Source: Bacteroidota bacterium (lineage in GTDB: Bacteria; Bacteroidota; Bacteroidia; B-17B0; Aurantibacillaceae). Taken from it: a DNA stretch of 33,688 bases. Positions within the stretch are counted from its first letter, which is position 1. Every line of letters starts with the position of its first letter. This document shows, piece after piece, positions 10,323 to 18,347 of the stretch. The stretch covers positions 1 to 33,688 of the forward strand of contig JANYGR010000315.1 of assembly GCA_025359355.1 (NCBI GenBank), given 5' to 3'. The notes beneath the pieces are model-generated. The model searched no databases, was not told the DNA's origin, and saw nothing but the letters and a program-made list of their open reading frames with translations. Both the position numbers and the translations under genes were made by a program.

Positions 10323-10685
10323 ATGAAAAAAATAATAATTATAATAATTGCATCATTATTATTCCTTACGTATTTATATAATAATTTTTTTACAACAAGA
10401 ATGCTTATTGGTACTTATGTCAATATGAACTACAAAAATTCAATCGAAGATCCTAATATTCCTGACACATTAATACTTCTACAAAACAATACTTTTTCAA
10501 GTCAATACTTTGGAACAGGTAAATATTCATTAAGCTATTCAATATCAGGAAGTAAACTTAATTTAATTTTTGATGATGTTATTCATCAGATAAACATACA
10601 CCCTAATATCAAGAGAATTAATTTTAATCATACAAAAATTATTTTATGTTCTGATTTAAATCATTATTACGAAAAAATAAATTAA
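10323..10685 (+). CDS. hypothetical small membrane-anchored or exported protein
   Basis: 120-aa ORF with hydrophobic N-terminus (MKKIIIIIIASLLFLTYLY). It is the only plus-strand ORF inside the minus-strand T9SS island. Very AT-rich, no recognisable family. Confidence 0.4.
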   Translation: MKKIIIIIIASLLFLTYLYNNFFTTRMLIGTYVNMNYKNSIEDPNIPDTLILLQNNTFSSQYFGTGKYSLSYSISGSKLNLIFDDVIHQINIHPNIKRINFNHTKIILCSDLNHYYEKIN

Positions 10686-10767
10686 CACCGCGCTTCATCA
10701 ATACTCTGTAAGTTTGGCTCTTAAATATAATTTTATGTATACGTGAGCGCACTTTAAAATTACTATT

Positions 10768-11805
10768 TTACATATAAATAGGACATACCCTAGTTTTAGG
10801 CACAAAGGTTCTTTGCTTAGCATGAATGTAAATAAAAGAAATTTCAAAACCACCCTTGCCATTAGTGGCTCGTTTGAATTGAGAATAGTTATAATCATAA
10901 GATACTTGTAGTCTCATGTTAGTATATTCTAATCCAACAGTGGTGATGAATGCATCTCCTGTTCTCATAAAAAATCCAGCATTTAATTTCGTGTTTGTTT
11001 TTGGATCGATGGTGTAATAATACGAAAGACCAATCAGGTTTTCCTTAAATGCTTGTTGCTGATTACCATAGTATTCAAGCATTACAGCGGATATATTATT
11101 AAAACTATATTTCAATTGTAAGCTTTCGTTATGGCGCGGTCTTAATAAAACTCCTTTCGTATCGTTAAAAGAAATGTTCGGCTGATTGATGTGATTGATA
11201 GCATACCCTATGGTTGCTGTTAAATGTTGTTTGAATTTTTTTTGGATGACTGTACCCAACGAAATATCTGTTATCACTTTTGATTGTCTTACAAATGTTT
11301 CGCCGTTCGAGAGGCTTTGATTATACACATCGCCATCCCACTGTTGATCGTATGATAATCTGTTAGGATCAACACTTAAATTTGTAATGCCTGCTAATAC
11401 ACCAATACCAATGGTTAGGCCCGTATCTTTTTTAAATGTAAGTTTATGATTGATGGGCACTTTCACTTCTGTGATGCTATACTTCCCGTCGCCAGCCGCA
11501 TCATGATTAAACATTAAACCGATAGCTTCCTTTGTGCCTTTGATAAATGATTTATTCAAATTAAAATCCGTACCAAAACTAAAGGTATTATAAGGCACTT
11601 TTACACTTTGCCATTGATTTCTATAATTTAAAATGAAACGCACATCTCCTTCAAACATTCCGGCATTGGCAGGGTTTTGGTTTAGTGGCGACATTTGCCA
11701 ATTAGAATAATGAGGGTCTTGAGCATAGGCATTACAAACGCCAAGAACTAAAAGCAAGGAGCTTATGAGTTTCTTATAAAAATTATGTTGCTTGCTCTTT
11801 ATCAT
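10768..11805 (-). CDS. PorP/SprF family type IX secretion system membrane protein
   Basis: 345 aa. Signature QDPHYSNWQMSPLNQNPANAG, beta-barrel-like composition, C-terminal FVPKTRVCPIYM. Its ATG directly abuts the upstream adhesin stop (TAAATG at 11803-11808). Confidence 0.85.
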   Translation of the reverse strand: MIKSKQHNFYKKLISSLLLVLGVCNAYAQDPHYSNWQMSPLNQNPANAGMFEGDVRFILNYRNQWQSVKVPYNTFSFGTDFNLNKSFIKGTKEAIGLMFNHDAAGDGKYSITEVKVPINHKLTFKKDTGLTIGIGVLAGITNLSVDPNRLSYDQQWDGDVYNQSLSNGETFVRQSKVITDISLGTVIQKKFKQHLTATIGYAINHINQPNISFNDTKGVLLRPRHNESLQLKYSFNNISAVMLEYYGNQQQAFKENLIGLSYYYTIDPKTNTKLNAGFFMRTGDAFITTVGLEYTNMRLQVSYDYNYSQFKRATNGKGGFEISFIYIHAKQRTFVPKTRVCPIYM

Positions 11806-14800
11806 TTACCTCAACAAGGTTATATTTCCTTTTTTAAACGATTCTTGTCCATTATTACATTTAAAGGTCATGTAATATCCATACACACCTTGATCTAGCT
11901 GCTTACCTTTAAATGTACCATCCCATCCGTTTTTGATAGTATTGGTTTCAAATAGTTTTTCACCCCAACGATCGTAAATAGTTAAATAGACTTCTGTAAT
12001 AAAGTTACTTCTAATATATAACACATCATTTATACCATCGCCGTTCGGTGTAAATCCTGTTGGCAAATACACAGTGCCTTCATCACAAGCGTCTGTTATA
12101 ATTTCTATAAAGACTGTTTTTAAAAAGTGCTTGCAATTATTTTGATCTGTAAAATAAATGCTGTATTCACCTGTTTTTGTTGGGGTAAACGTAATGGTAT
12201 TATTTCCGGTAAACGAAAAAGGCACATAAGGTGTAATACTTATATTTCCTGAATAAGTAAATCCATTTAATGTAACGGTAGCTGTTTGCCCAAGCGTAAG
12301 TGTAGAGGAGGAAACTGTTATAGAACTAGTATTATACGTAAAAGGAAAAACCGATACAGTCGTTGTTAATTGACTTTTACAAGTATCTGTTCCATTAATC
12401 GCACTAATAGTAACCGTATAAATTGTAGTAACTGGAGGAAATGCTTTAGGGTTTGAGATAGTCGCATTGGTGAGATACTGCGAAGGCGCCCAAGCATAAG
12501 TGACTCCTCCACTTGCAAATAGCTGAACAGTATCAGGTTCGCATTTAGATAGAGAGGCATTAACTGCAACTGGCGAAAACCCAGATAAATTAAGCACTTG
12601 TTTGCTCGTATCTTTACAACCAAAACTATTAGTTGCGATTAACGAAACAGTATACGTGCCCGTAGAACCATAGTAATATAAGGGGTTTTGAACACCACTG
12701 CTATTTCCATCTCCATAACTCCATTGCCAACTCACAGGAGTAAGAGTTGATGCATCTGTGAATTGAACATTGTTATTACAACCTCCGATACTATAGGTAA
12801 AGGATGATGTAATCTTTGGATAAACCGTTATAGAGGTGGTTAATGTTTTGACACAAACCTTTCCAAACAAACTATTTTGTAAAATGGTAACCGAATAAAT
12901 GGTGGTTGTTTGAACATTACAAGAGGGTGATGCGGAGAACGGATTTGATAAACCAGTTGTTGGCGACCAAGTATAGCTAGTGCCTCCAGACGCTTGCAAT
13001 AATTTAGTTTCGTAGGTGCATTTTGATTGATGAGGGTTAATCGTAATCGAATCTACAGGAACAAGTATGGTTTTGGAAATAGAATCCTTACACCCAAAGT
13101 TACTTGTTGCTACTAACTTCACCGTGTATGTTCCTGCGCTATTAAAGGATTTTGTGGTGTTTGTTGTTGAAGAAAAAAGCACAGAGTTCGCATACCATTT
13201 AAAAGTACTTGTCAATGGACTTGATGTATTATTAAATTGAACGTTATTGGAACACGAATCAACTGTTATCGTGAAATTAGCTACAGGCTTTGGATACACT
13301 GTAATAACAAGGCTTGCGGTGTCATATAAATTAGTACAAATAGAGGATTTCACATACAAATGAACAGTGTATGTTCCAGATGCTGTAAATGTTTTAACAG
13401 GATTAAATACTTGAGATGTTGTATCATTACCTCCAAAGTTCCACAGATAGGCGTGTCCGAGCGTACTGGTATTATTGAAATTAACGACTAATGGAGTGCA
13501 ACCGCTTAAGGTGTTTGCAGAAATATTAGCTTGCGCAGAGTTTAATTGAAAATCTATTTTAAATACGCCATTATTACAATTTGTAGATTGATTTACATTT
13601 GAGCCATACAACGATGTTGGCCAAGCACCAGGAGTAACAGGGAAATCATCGTTACCATTACAGCCAGCGCATACAGATTGGTAGATGATTCCTTTTTTAT
13701 CAAAACGGCTCGTGCCACCATCTACATGCTCGTGACTTGATGCGCCTCCAAAATAACTTCCAAACAATAAACCATTCATGTTTGGTCCAAGTACCATTAA
13801 ATAAAAATTATAGGCATCGGTTGTTGATTGTATTGGGTTTAACAAGGGCATTCCGGTGGTAGGATTTAAAAAAATAATATTTCCTCCCCAGCCAGATATA
13901 TAAACATTTCCAGCACAATCAACCGAAAAAGCTGATGGTGAAATATTGATGGTTCCATTTCCATTACCAAACACAGTAGCTGCCAACAATATATTTAATT
14001 GCGAATTAAACATTTGAATGAATTGTTTACTATTTGCATTCGAATAAACTCCAGCGGTAACAGGCATATTGCCTAAAGATTGTCCGTATAAATATACTTG
14101 TTGTTGTTTATCCAATTGTACAAAATAACTTTGATCGTAATCATTAGTGCCTATAAAACTTGAGTGCATCATACTCGACCCATTCGCTTTTATTTTACAC
14201 ACATAGCCATCACATTTTCCGCCACCATACACCGTATGATAACTGCCAACAGTAACAGGGAAATCAGCACTACGTGTTCCTCCTGTGATATAAATGTTTA
14301 ATGTATCATCTAACGCTAAAGAATAACCAGCATCATTGTCACTTCCTCCTATAAACGTGCTAAACACCAAACTACTAAGCGTATGGTTAAACTTAACAAG
14401 CACCGCATCTTGTTGTCCACCAAGTGTATTATCAATCGCGTTTTGTGTAGGAAAATCAGCCGACTTAGTACTACTATAGATATAAATATTATACAAACTA
14501 TCAACTTGTATTTCACCGCGGTATTGGTCTCCGTAATTATATTGCAATGAATCTGGCGGATATTCTGTAACTGTGCCGTAAGCAGACGTGTATGAAGCAA
14601 TCACATTATTATAGTTGATACCATCATTTCCAGAACCGCCAATGAAGGTAGATGCTAATAGAGTCGTTCCCGTCACATTTAGTTTGGCTATATAAATATC
14701 AGTACCTCCGTTAAACGTTGTACCATTAAATACAAAGGAAATAGAAGAGCCTCCGTTAAACGTATTGTCATAACAACCCAGGGTAGTAGGAAAATCAGAA

Positions 14801-15846
14801 GAGCCCGTTGCTCCATACAAACATAAATTGTCATTTTTATCAACGATTAAACTCGTCACAATTTCACTAGATCCAGCGCCACCTATATAGGTAGAGTATT
14901 TTAAAAACACTCCCGATGAATCATATTTCGTGATAACTACATCGGTATATCCTGGCAAACTATTAAAGCTAACATCATAAGCACCACTTGTTGTTGGATA
15001 GCCAATATCAAAACAAGTTCCACCTGTATACAAACTTCCACGAGAATCATAGGTCGCTGTCATACCAAAATTATCGGCAGTACTGCCACTCGAAGCTGCA
15101 AATACAAGCAAAGGATCGATAATCAAATCAATATTATGATCATACTCTTTTAATAATTTGAATGAAACGGTGTTTTTATCTAACACAAATTTGCTTGGTA
15201 TTTCAATCGTATCTCCTGCTATTATCTGATAAACAAAGGGTTTCTGTTCGATTGATTCGCTCACAGAAGTGCTAATATACAATGCCCCGTTTTTAAGCTT
15301 TATGTTTTCTATGCCTATATACTGCAACTTCACCGAGCCTGGATTTCCATCTGGATGTACAATAAAATTATACTTAATAGATTGGCTTCCTCCGTTATAA
15401 AGCGCGTCTATTCCTTGATATAGCCCTTTAACAGTGATGTTTTTATAATGATGTACTTGTTTTGCCCAACGTTTCTGATCAGATCCTATAAAGTAATTAT
15501 CATAATCTTCGTAAGCATGGCTTGATTCAATTTGTGGTAATGAATTAGATCCAATAAAATCAATACTATAAGCGTGGTATTTTAATGTGGGTGAAATTAT
15601 TTTCCCTAAATGTCTGCTTCTGTATGTATCCTTATCATATAAATGAAAAGTCAGTTTTCCGCTTTGTTCTACAAATAAGGCGCCGCCATCTAATTGTGCC
15701 CGGTATTTAATTTGATTATCCCATTGCTGCTTGTTTTCCGTAAACCGAACAAAGGATTGTGTCTGAGGATGAGGCGTTTTAACTCGCTGTGCTTGCCCGT
15801 ATAAACATATACTTACTAATATGATTATGATTTTCAGTCTATTCAC
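11806..15846 (-). CDS. large T9SS type-B sorting domain adhesin-like protein (SBBP beta-propeller repeats + 3 PKD domains + Ig-like ASGG modules)
   Basis: 1346 aa with a GTG start; an in-frame TAA lies immediately upstream. Signal peptide MNRLKIIIILVSICLYGQAQ. SBBP-type repeats (YSTYIGGAGSSE, ASTFIGGSGNDG, FSTFIGGSDNDAGYSLALD, DFPVT/DFPTT). PKD repeats (LWNFGGNDTT...GTYTVHLYV; WQWSYGDGNSSGVQNP...GTYTVSLIA). C-terminal FTPNGDGINDVLYI...YDRWGEKLF...GWDGTFKGK...GYYM...KKGNITLLR. Confidence 0.9.
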   Translation of the reverse strand: MNRLKIIIILVSICLYGQAQRVKTPHPQTQSFVRFTENKQQWDNQIKYRAQLDGGALFVEQSGKLTFHLYDKDTYRSRHLGKIISPTLKYHAYSIDFIGSNSLPQIESSHAYEDYDNYFIGSDQKRWAKQVHHYKNITVKGLYQGIDALYNGGSQSIKYNFIVHPDGNPGSVKLQYIGIENIKLKNGALYISTSVSESIEQKPFVYQIIAGDTIEIPSKFVLDKNTVSFKLLKEYDHNIDLIIDPLLVFAASSGSTADNFGMTATYDSRGSLYTGGTCFDIGYPTTSGAYDVSFNSLPGYTDVVITKYDSSGVFLKYSTYIGGAGSSEIVTSLIVDKNDNLCLYGATGSSDFPTTLGCYDNTFNGGSSISFVFNGTTFNGGTDIYIAKLNVTGTTLLASTFIGGSGNDGINYNNVIASYTSAYGTVTEYPPDSLQYNYGDQYRGEIQVDSLYNIYIYSSTKSADFPTQNAIDNTLGGQQDAVLVKFNHTLSSLVFSTFIGGSDNDAGYSLALDDTLNIYITGGTRSADFPVTVGSYHTVYGGGKCDGYVCKIKANGSSMMHSSFIGTNDYDQSYFVQLDKQQQVYLYGQSLGNMPVTAGVYSNANSKQFIQMFNSQLNILLAATVFGNGNGTINISPSAFSVDCAGNVYISGWGGNIIFLNPTTGMPLLNPIQSTTDAYNFYLMVLGPNMNGLLFGSYFGGASSHEHVDGGTSRFDKKGIIYQSVCAGCNGNDDFPVTPGAWPTSLYGSNVNQSTNCNNGVFKIDFQLNSAQANISANTLSGCTPLVVNFNNTSTLGHAYLWNFGGNDTTSQVFNPVKTFTASGTYTVHLYVKSSICTNLYDTASLVITVYPKPVANFTITVDSCSNNVQFNNTSSPLTSTFKWYANSVLFSSTTNTTKSFNSAGTYTVKLVATSNFGCKDSISKTILVPVDSITINPHQSKCTYETKLLQASGGTSYTWSPTTGLSNPFSASPSCNVQTTTIYSVTILQNSLFGKVCVKTLTTSITVYPKITSSFTYSIGGCNNNVQFTDASTLTPVSWQWSYGDGNSSGVQNPLYYYGSTGTYTVSLIATNSFGCKDTSKQVLNLSGFSPVAVNASLSKCEPDTVQLFASGGVTYAWAPSQYLTNATISNPKAFPPVTTIYTVTISAINGTDTCKSQLTTTVSVFPFTYNTSSITVSSSTLTLGQTATVTLNGFTYSGNISITPYVPFSFTGNNTITFTPTKTGEYSIYFTDQNNCKHFLKTVFIEIITDACDEGTVYLPTGFTPNGDGINDVLYIRSNFITEVYLTIYDRWGEKLFETNTIKNGWDGTFKGKQLDQGVYGYYMTFKCNNGQESFKKGNITLLR
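12346..13296 (-). repeat. intragenic tandem duplication of a roughly 158-aa two-domain unit (PKD + ASGG Ig-like module) within the 1346-aa adhesin
   Basis: Residues about 851-1009 and about 1009-1167 align colinearly: YPK..NNVQF..S...W......GTYTV.L.ATN/S.FGCKD...SKC...T..L.ASGG..Y.W.P...L.N...S.P...TTIY.VTI...C...LTT...V.P. Confidence 0.6.
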
Positions 15847-15860
15847 TTAAGTAAATATAT

Positions 15861-15889
15861 AAAAAAACCCCGATATATTTATATCGAGG
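15861..15889 (-). terminator. rho-independent terminator downstream of the 70-aa membrane protein gene
   Basis: The minus-strand RNA reads CCUCGAUAU-AAAU-AUAUCGGGG followed by U7. That is a 9-bp stem with one G.U pair, a 4-nt loop, and the U tract at 15861-15867. It lies 22 nt after the 15912 stop. Confidence 0.7.
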
Positions 15890-15911
15890 TTGTGGTTAAA
15901 AGCATTAACGC

Positions 15912-16124
15912 TTATATCAACGTGTCATTTTTTTTGGCGTCTTTTGTTTGTTTAATAATTTGAAGTGTCCAGTATACTAATAAGCTAAAAATAATAACCC
16001 ATAAGATAATGTTTGGTCCATGACCCATTTTTTTCATCAAATCAAAAATCTTGTATGAAAATTTACCGATGCCATAAAACACATCAGTCATTGTTACCAT
16101 TAAAGAAATCATTAAAGCGCCCAT
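15912..16124 (-). CDS. small membrane protein (two predicted hydrophobic helices)
   Basis: 70-aa ORF with two hydrophobic segments (ALMISLMVTMTDVFYGI; IILWVIIFSLLVYWTLQII). It is followed by a canonical intrinsic terminator, which supports that it is expressed. Confidence 0.55.
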   Translation of the reverse strand: MGALMISLMVTMTDVFYGIGKFSYKIFDLMKKMGHGPNIILWVIIFSLLVYWTLQIIKQTKDAKKNDTLI

Positions 16125-16197
16125 AAGTATTATTTTTTGTAAGTTTACAGCACAAAAATATAATTTTTTTCTATATCATAGCAATTTCTCCTTAAAA

Positions 16198-17187
16198 ATG
16201 TTTGTTGCCCCTCTTAAAAATAATTTCCAAGCCTCCATTATCATCCTAATTATATTTAGTGTTGGATTATGGGCTTGTAGCTTTATGTTCTCATCGCCCT
16301 ACTCCATTCCATCAATTGGCGAAGAGCATGTGTTTTATCACTTATTATTTTCTAACGATACTTCTTTCTTAACTGAACAATTCATTACTTTTTTTAGCAT
16401 TATCATAGGCGCATTTTTTGTCGATTTTATTACCATTAATCAAGAGATTACGTCCAAAACTAACTATTTACCTGCTTTTTTATACATTCTGTTTGCATTT
16501 TCAGCTACGACCAATCGCCATATTGAACCCATTTTAATTGCCAATTTATTTGTGTTGCCTGCTATTTATTTTATTGCAAGTGCTTACAGACAAGATACAG
16601 CCTTATCTGCCATTTTTAAAGCAGGGCTTTTATTAGGTTTAGCTTCCTTTTTTTATGCGTATTACATTCTTCTTTTTCCAATTGCCTTTATAGCTGTTAT
16701 CATACTCAGATCATTCAATTGGAGAGAGTGGGTTTTGTTGATCATTGGCTTACTACTCCCTGTTTATATTTACATATGTATCAGTTACCTCAATGGCTAC
16801 GGAGCATTTACCTTATTGCATGTTTTCAAAAATAACATGGCTAACTTTCAAAAACCTGTTTTGTCGGAGTATTATCTGGTGTTTTTTATCATTACCATTT
16901 TTATATTCATACTTGCTATATTTTACAATGTTAGCAAGGGTTTTGGAAATAAAATAAAAACAGTGAAAATAAAATATGTAATCTTATGGCTTCTGTTTTT
17001 GTCTCTAATAGTGGTGTTTTACAGACAAACAACTGATATGACTTTATTGCCATGCATCATTCCTTTAAGTATGATTATGGGGGATTATTTATCAGAAATT
17101 AAACAATTAAAAATCGCTAATACTCTGTTGTTCCTCTTTTTATGTGGGTTTGTGATAGTTTATAGTCACGCCTTAGGTGCATTTTAA
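16198..17187 (+). CDS. polytopic integral membrane protein, family not assigned
   Basis: 329 aa with about 8-9 hydrophobic segments and no catalytic motif that I can recognise. Confidence 0.6.
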   Translation: MFVAPLKNNFQASIIILIIFSVGLWACSFMFSSPYSIPSIGEEHVFYHLLFSNDTSFLTEQFITFFSIIIGAFFVDFITINQEITSKTNYLPAFLYILFAFSATTNRHIEPILIANLFVLPAIYFIASAYRQDTALSAIFKAGLLLGLASFFYAYYILLFPIAFIAVIILRSFNWREWVLLIIGLLLPVYIYICISYLNGYGAFTLLHVFKNNMANFQKPVLSEYYLVFFIITIFIFILAIFYNVSKGFGNKIKTVKIKYVILWLLFLSLIVVFYRQTTDMTLLPCIIPLSMIMGDYLSEIKQLKIANTLLFLFLCGFVIVYSHALGAF

Positions 17188-17212
17188 ATTTAATTAGTGC
17201 TTACAAAAACAG

Positions 17213-17337
17213 AGTGTCTGATGAGAAAGTTATAAGTTCGAGGCTTGCGAAGACTTAAATAATGGGAGTTTGCTTTTCGCAAATGACCATTTTTAAAGCA
17301 AGCGTAACGAAGAAATTGGAGCTTTCTTGCTGACACT
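17213..17337. other. 125-nt imperfect long inverted repeat: candidate structured small RNA and/or bidirectional terminator between convergent genes
   Basis: Outer helix AGTGTC/GACACT (17213-18 / 17332-37). Second helix GAAAG/CTTTC (17225-29 / 17322-26). Inner helices GCTTGC/GCAAGC (17243-48 / 17298-303), or alternatively TTGCGAA/TTCGCAA (17245-51 / 17276-82). Flanked by A5 (17205-09) and T6 (17343-48). Locally more GC-rich than its surroundings. Confidence 0.35.
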
Positions 17338-17339
17338 AA

Positions 17340-17936
17340 TTATTTTTTCTTATGACCGTATGCTTTGAAGACAGCATCAACTTCATTAAACCACGCCTCA
17401 CCATATTTACGAATAAGGGGTTCTTTTAAAAACGCATAAACAGGCACGTTTAGCTGAGTGCCGCATTCGCAAGCGGCTTTGCAAATATGCCAAGAATGGT
17501 AGTTAACAGCATCATACTCTTTGTACTCTTGAATACGAATAGGGTATAGATGGCAAGAAATTGGTTTTTTCCAATCGTGCACAAACTCTTCTGTTTTCCC
17601 TTCTAAATAGGCTTGTTCAATGGCACACTTGGCAATATGCTTGTCGTCAAAAAACACAAAAGCACATTCAGCGCCATCACTTACTAAAGTTGTTGTGTAG
17701 TCTCCATCAGCATCTAACACGTAACTACCATGCTTTTCAACGGCAGCAATTCCTTTTGCATTCATATAAGGTTTTACAGCAGGATATATTGCATCTAAAA
17801 TTTTTAATTCTTTTTTATCCAAAGGAGCCCCACTATCCCCAGAAACACAGCACTCTCCCTTGCAGGCGTTTAAATCGCATACAAATTCTTTGTCAAAAAT
17901 ATCTTCGGAAATGAGGGTGTGACCAATTGCTATCAT
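17340..17936 (-). CDS. Cys-rich DUF3109-like protein
   Basis: 198 aa. The N-terminal FVCDLNACKGECCVSGDSGAPL cluster plus further conserved Cys/His (CAFVFF, SCHLYPIR, HICKAACECG) match my recollection of the DUF3109 family. Function unknown. Confidence 0.65.
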   Translation of the reverse strand: MIAIGHTLISEDIFDKEFVCDLNACKGECCVSGDSGAPLDKKELKILDAIYPAVKPYMNAKGIAAVEKHGSYVLDADGDYTTTLVSDGAECAFVFFDDKHIAKCAIEQAYLEGKTEEFVHDWKKPISCHLYPIRIQEYKEYDAVNYHSWHICKAACECGTQLNVPVYAFLKEPLIRKYGEAWFNEVDAVFKAYGHKKK

Positions 17937-17983
17937 GGTGCAAAAATACCAATTATAACTTTAAAAAAACAGGTGTGTCGTTT

Positions 17984-18331
17984 TTACTTCTGACTCATTA
18001 ATTCTTCCCAAAACTCGGCACCACGGCGTGTATGCGGAATGACGATAGTGCCGCCAACAATATTTGCCACTGCAAAAATTTCATAAACTTCTTCGGTGGT
18101 GCACCCTTGCTCGTAACATTTACCCAAATGGTATTTAATACAATCGTCGCAACGCAGCACCATACTAGCAACTAAACCAAGCATTTCCTTAGTTTTAACA
18201 TTAAGCGCGCCTTCACTATAGGTTTGAGTATCTAAATTAAATAAGCGCTTAATCACTAAATTATCTTTTCCTAAAATAACATCGTTCATCTTAGCGCGAT
18301 AGTTATCAAATTCTTCTATTTGTTTTGACAT
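17984..18331 (-). CDS. carboxymuconolactone decarboxylase (AhpD-like) family protein
   Basis: The AhpD-type CXXCXXXH motif is present (RCDDCIKYH). I start it at the internal ATG (MSKQIEEF..., 18331) rather than the track start at 18385, which would overlap the MBOAT 3' end. Confidence 0.8.
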   Translation of the reverse strand: MSKQIEEFDNYRAKMNDVILGKDNLVIKRLFNLDTQTYSEGALNVKTKEMLGLVASMVLRCDDCIKYHLGKCYEQGCTTEEVYEIFAVANIVGGTIVIPHTRRGAEFWEELMSQK

Positions 18332-18347
18332 GATTGTGGATTGGTTT

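Noticed and set aside
15847-15860. TATATTTA near-match to the TAnnTTTG -7 element directly upstream of the adhesin GTG
   Set aside because: The final G is missing. There is no TTG at the -33 position, which falls inside the terminator stem. It would also imply a leaderless transcript, so it is not annotated as a promoter.
17218-17225. CTGATGAG, the conserved hammerhead-ribozyme core heptamer plus G, at the 5' side of the 125-nt palindromic element
   Set aside because: A hammerhead also needs helix II closed by C-GAAA with an A15.1-U16.1 pair, helix III, and a cleavage triplet leading back into helix I. Only CGAAG occurs (17248-52 and 17308-12). I could not draw a consistent three-way junction, so the octamer is most likely coincidental.
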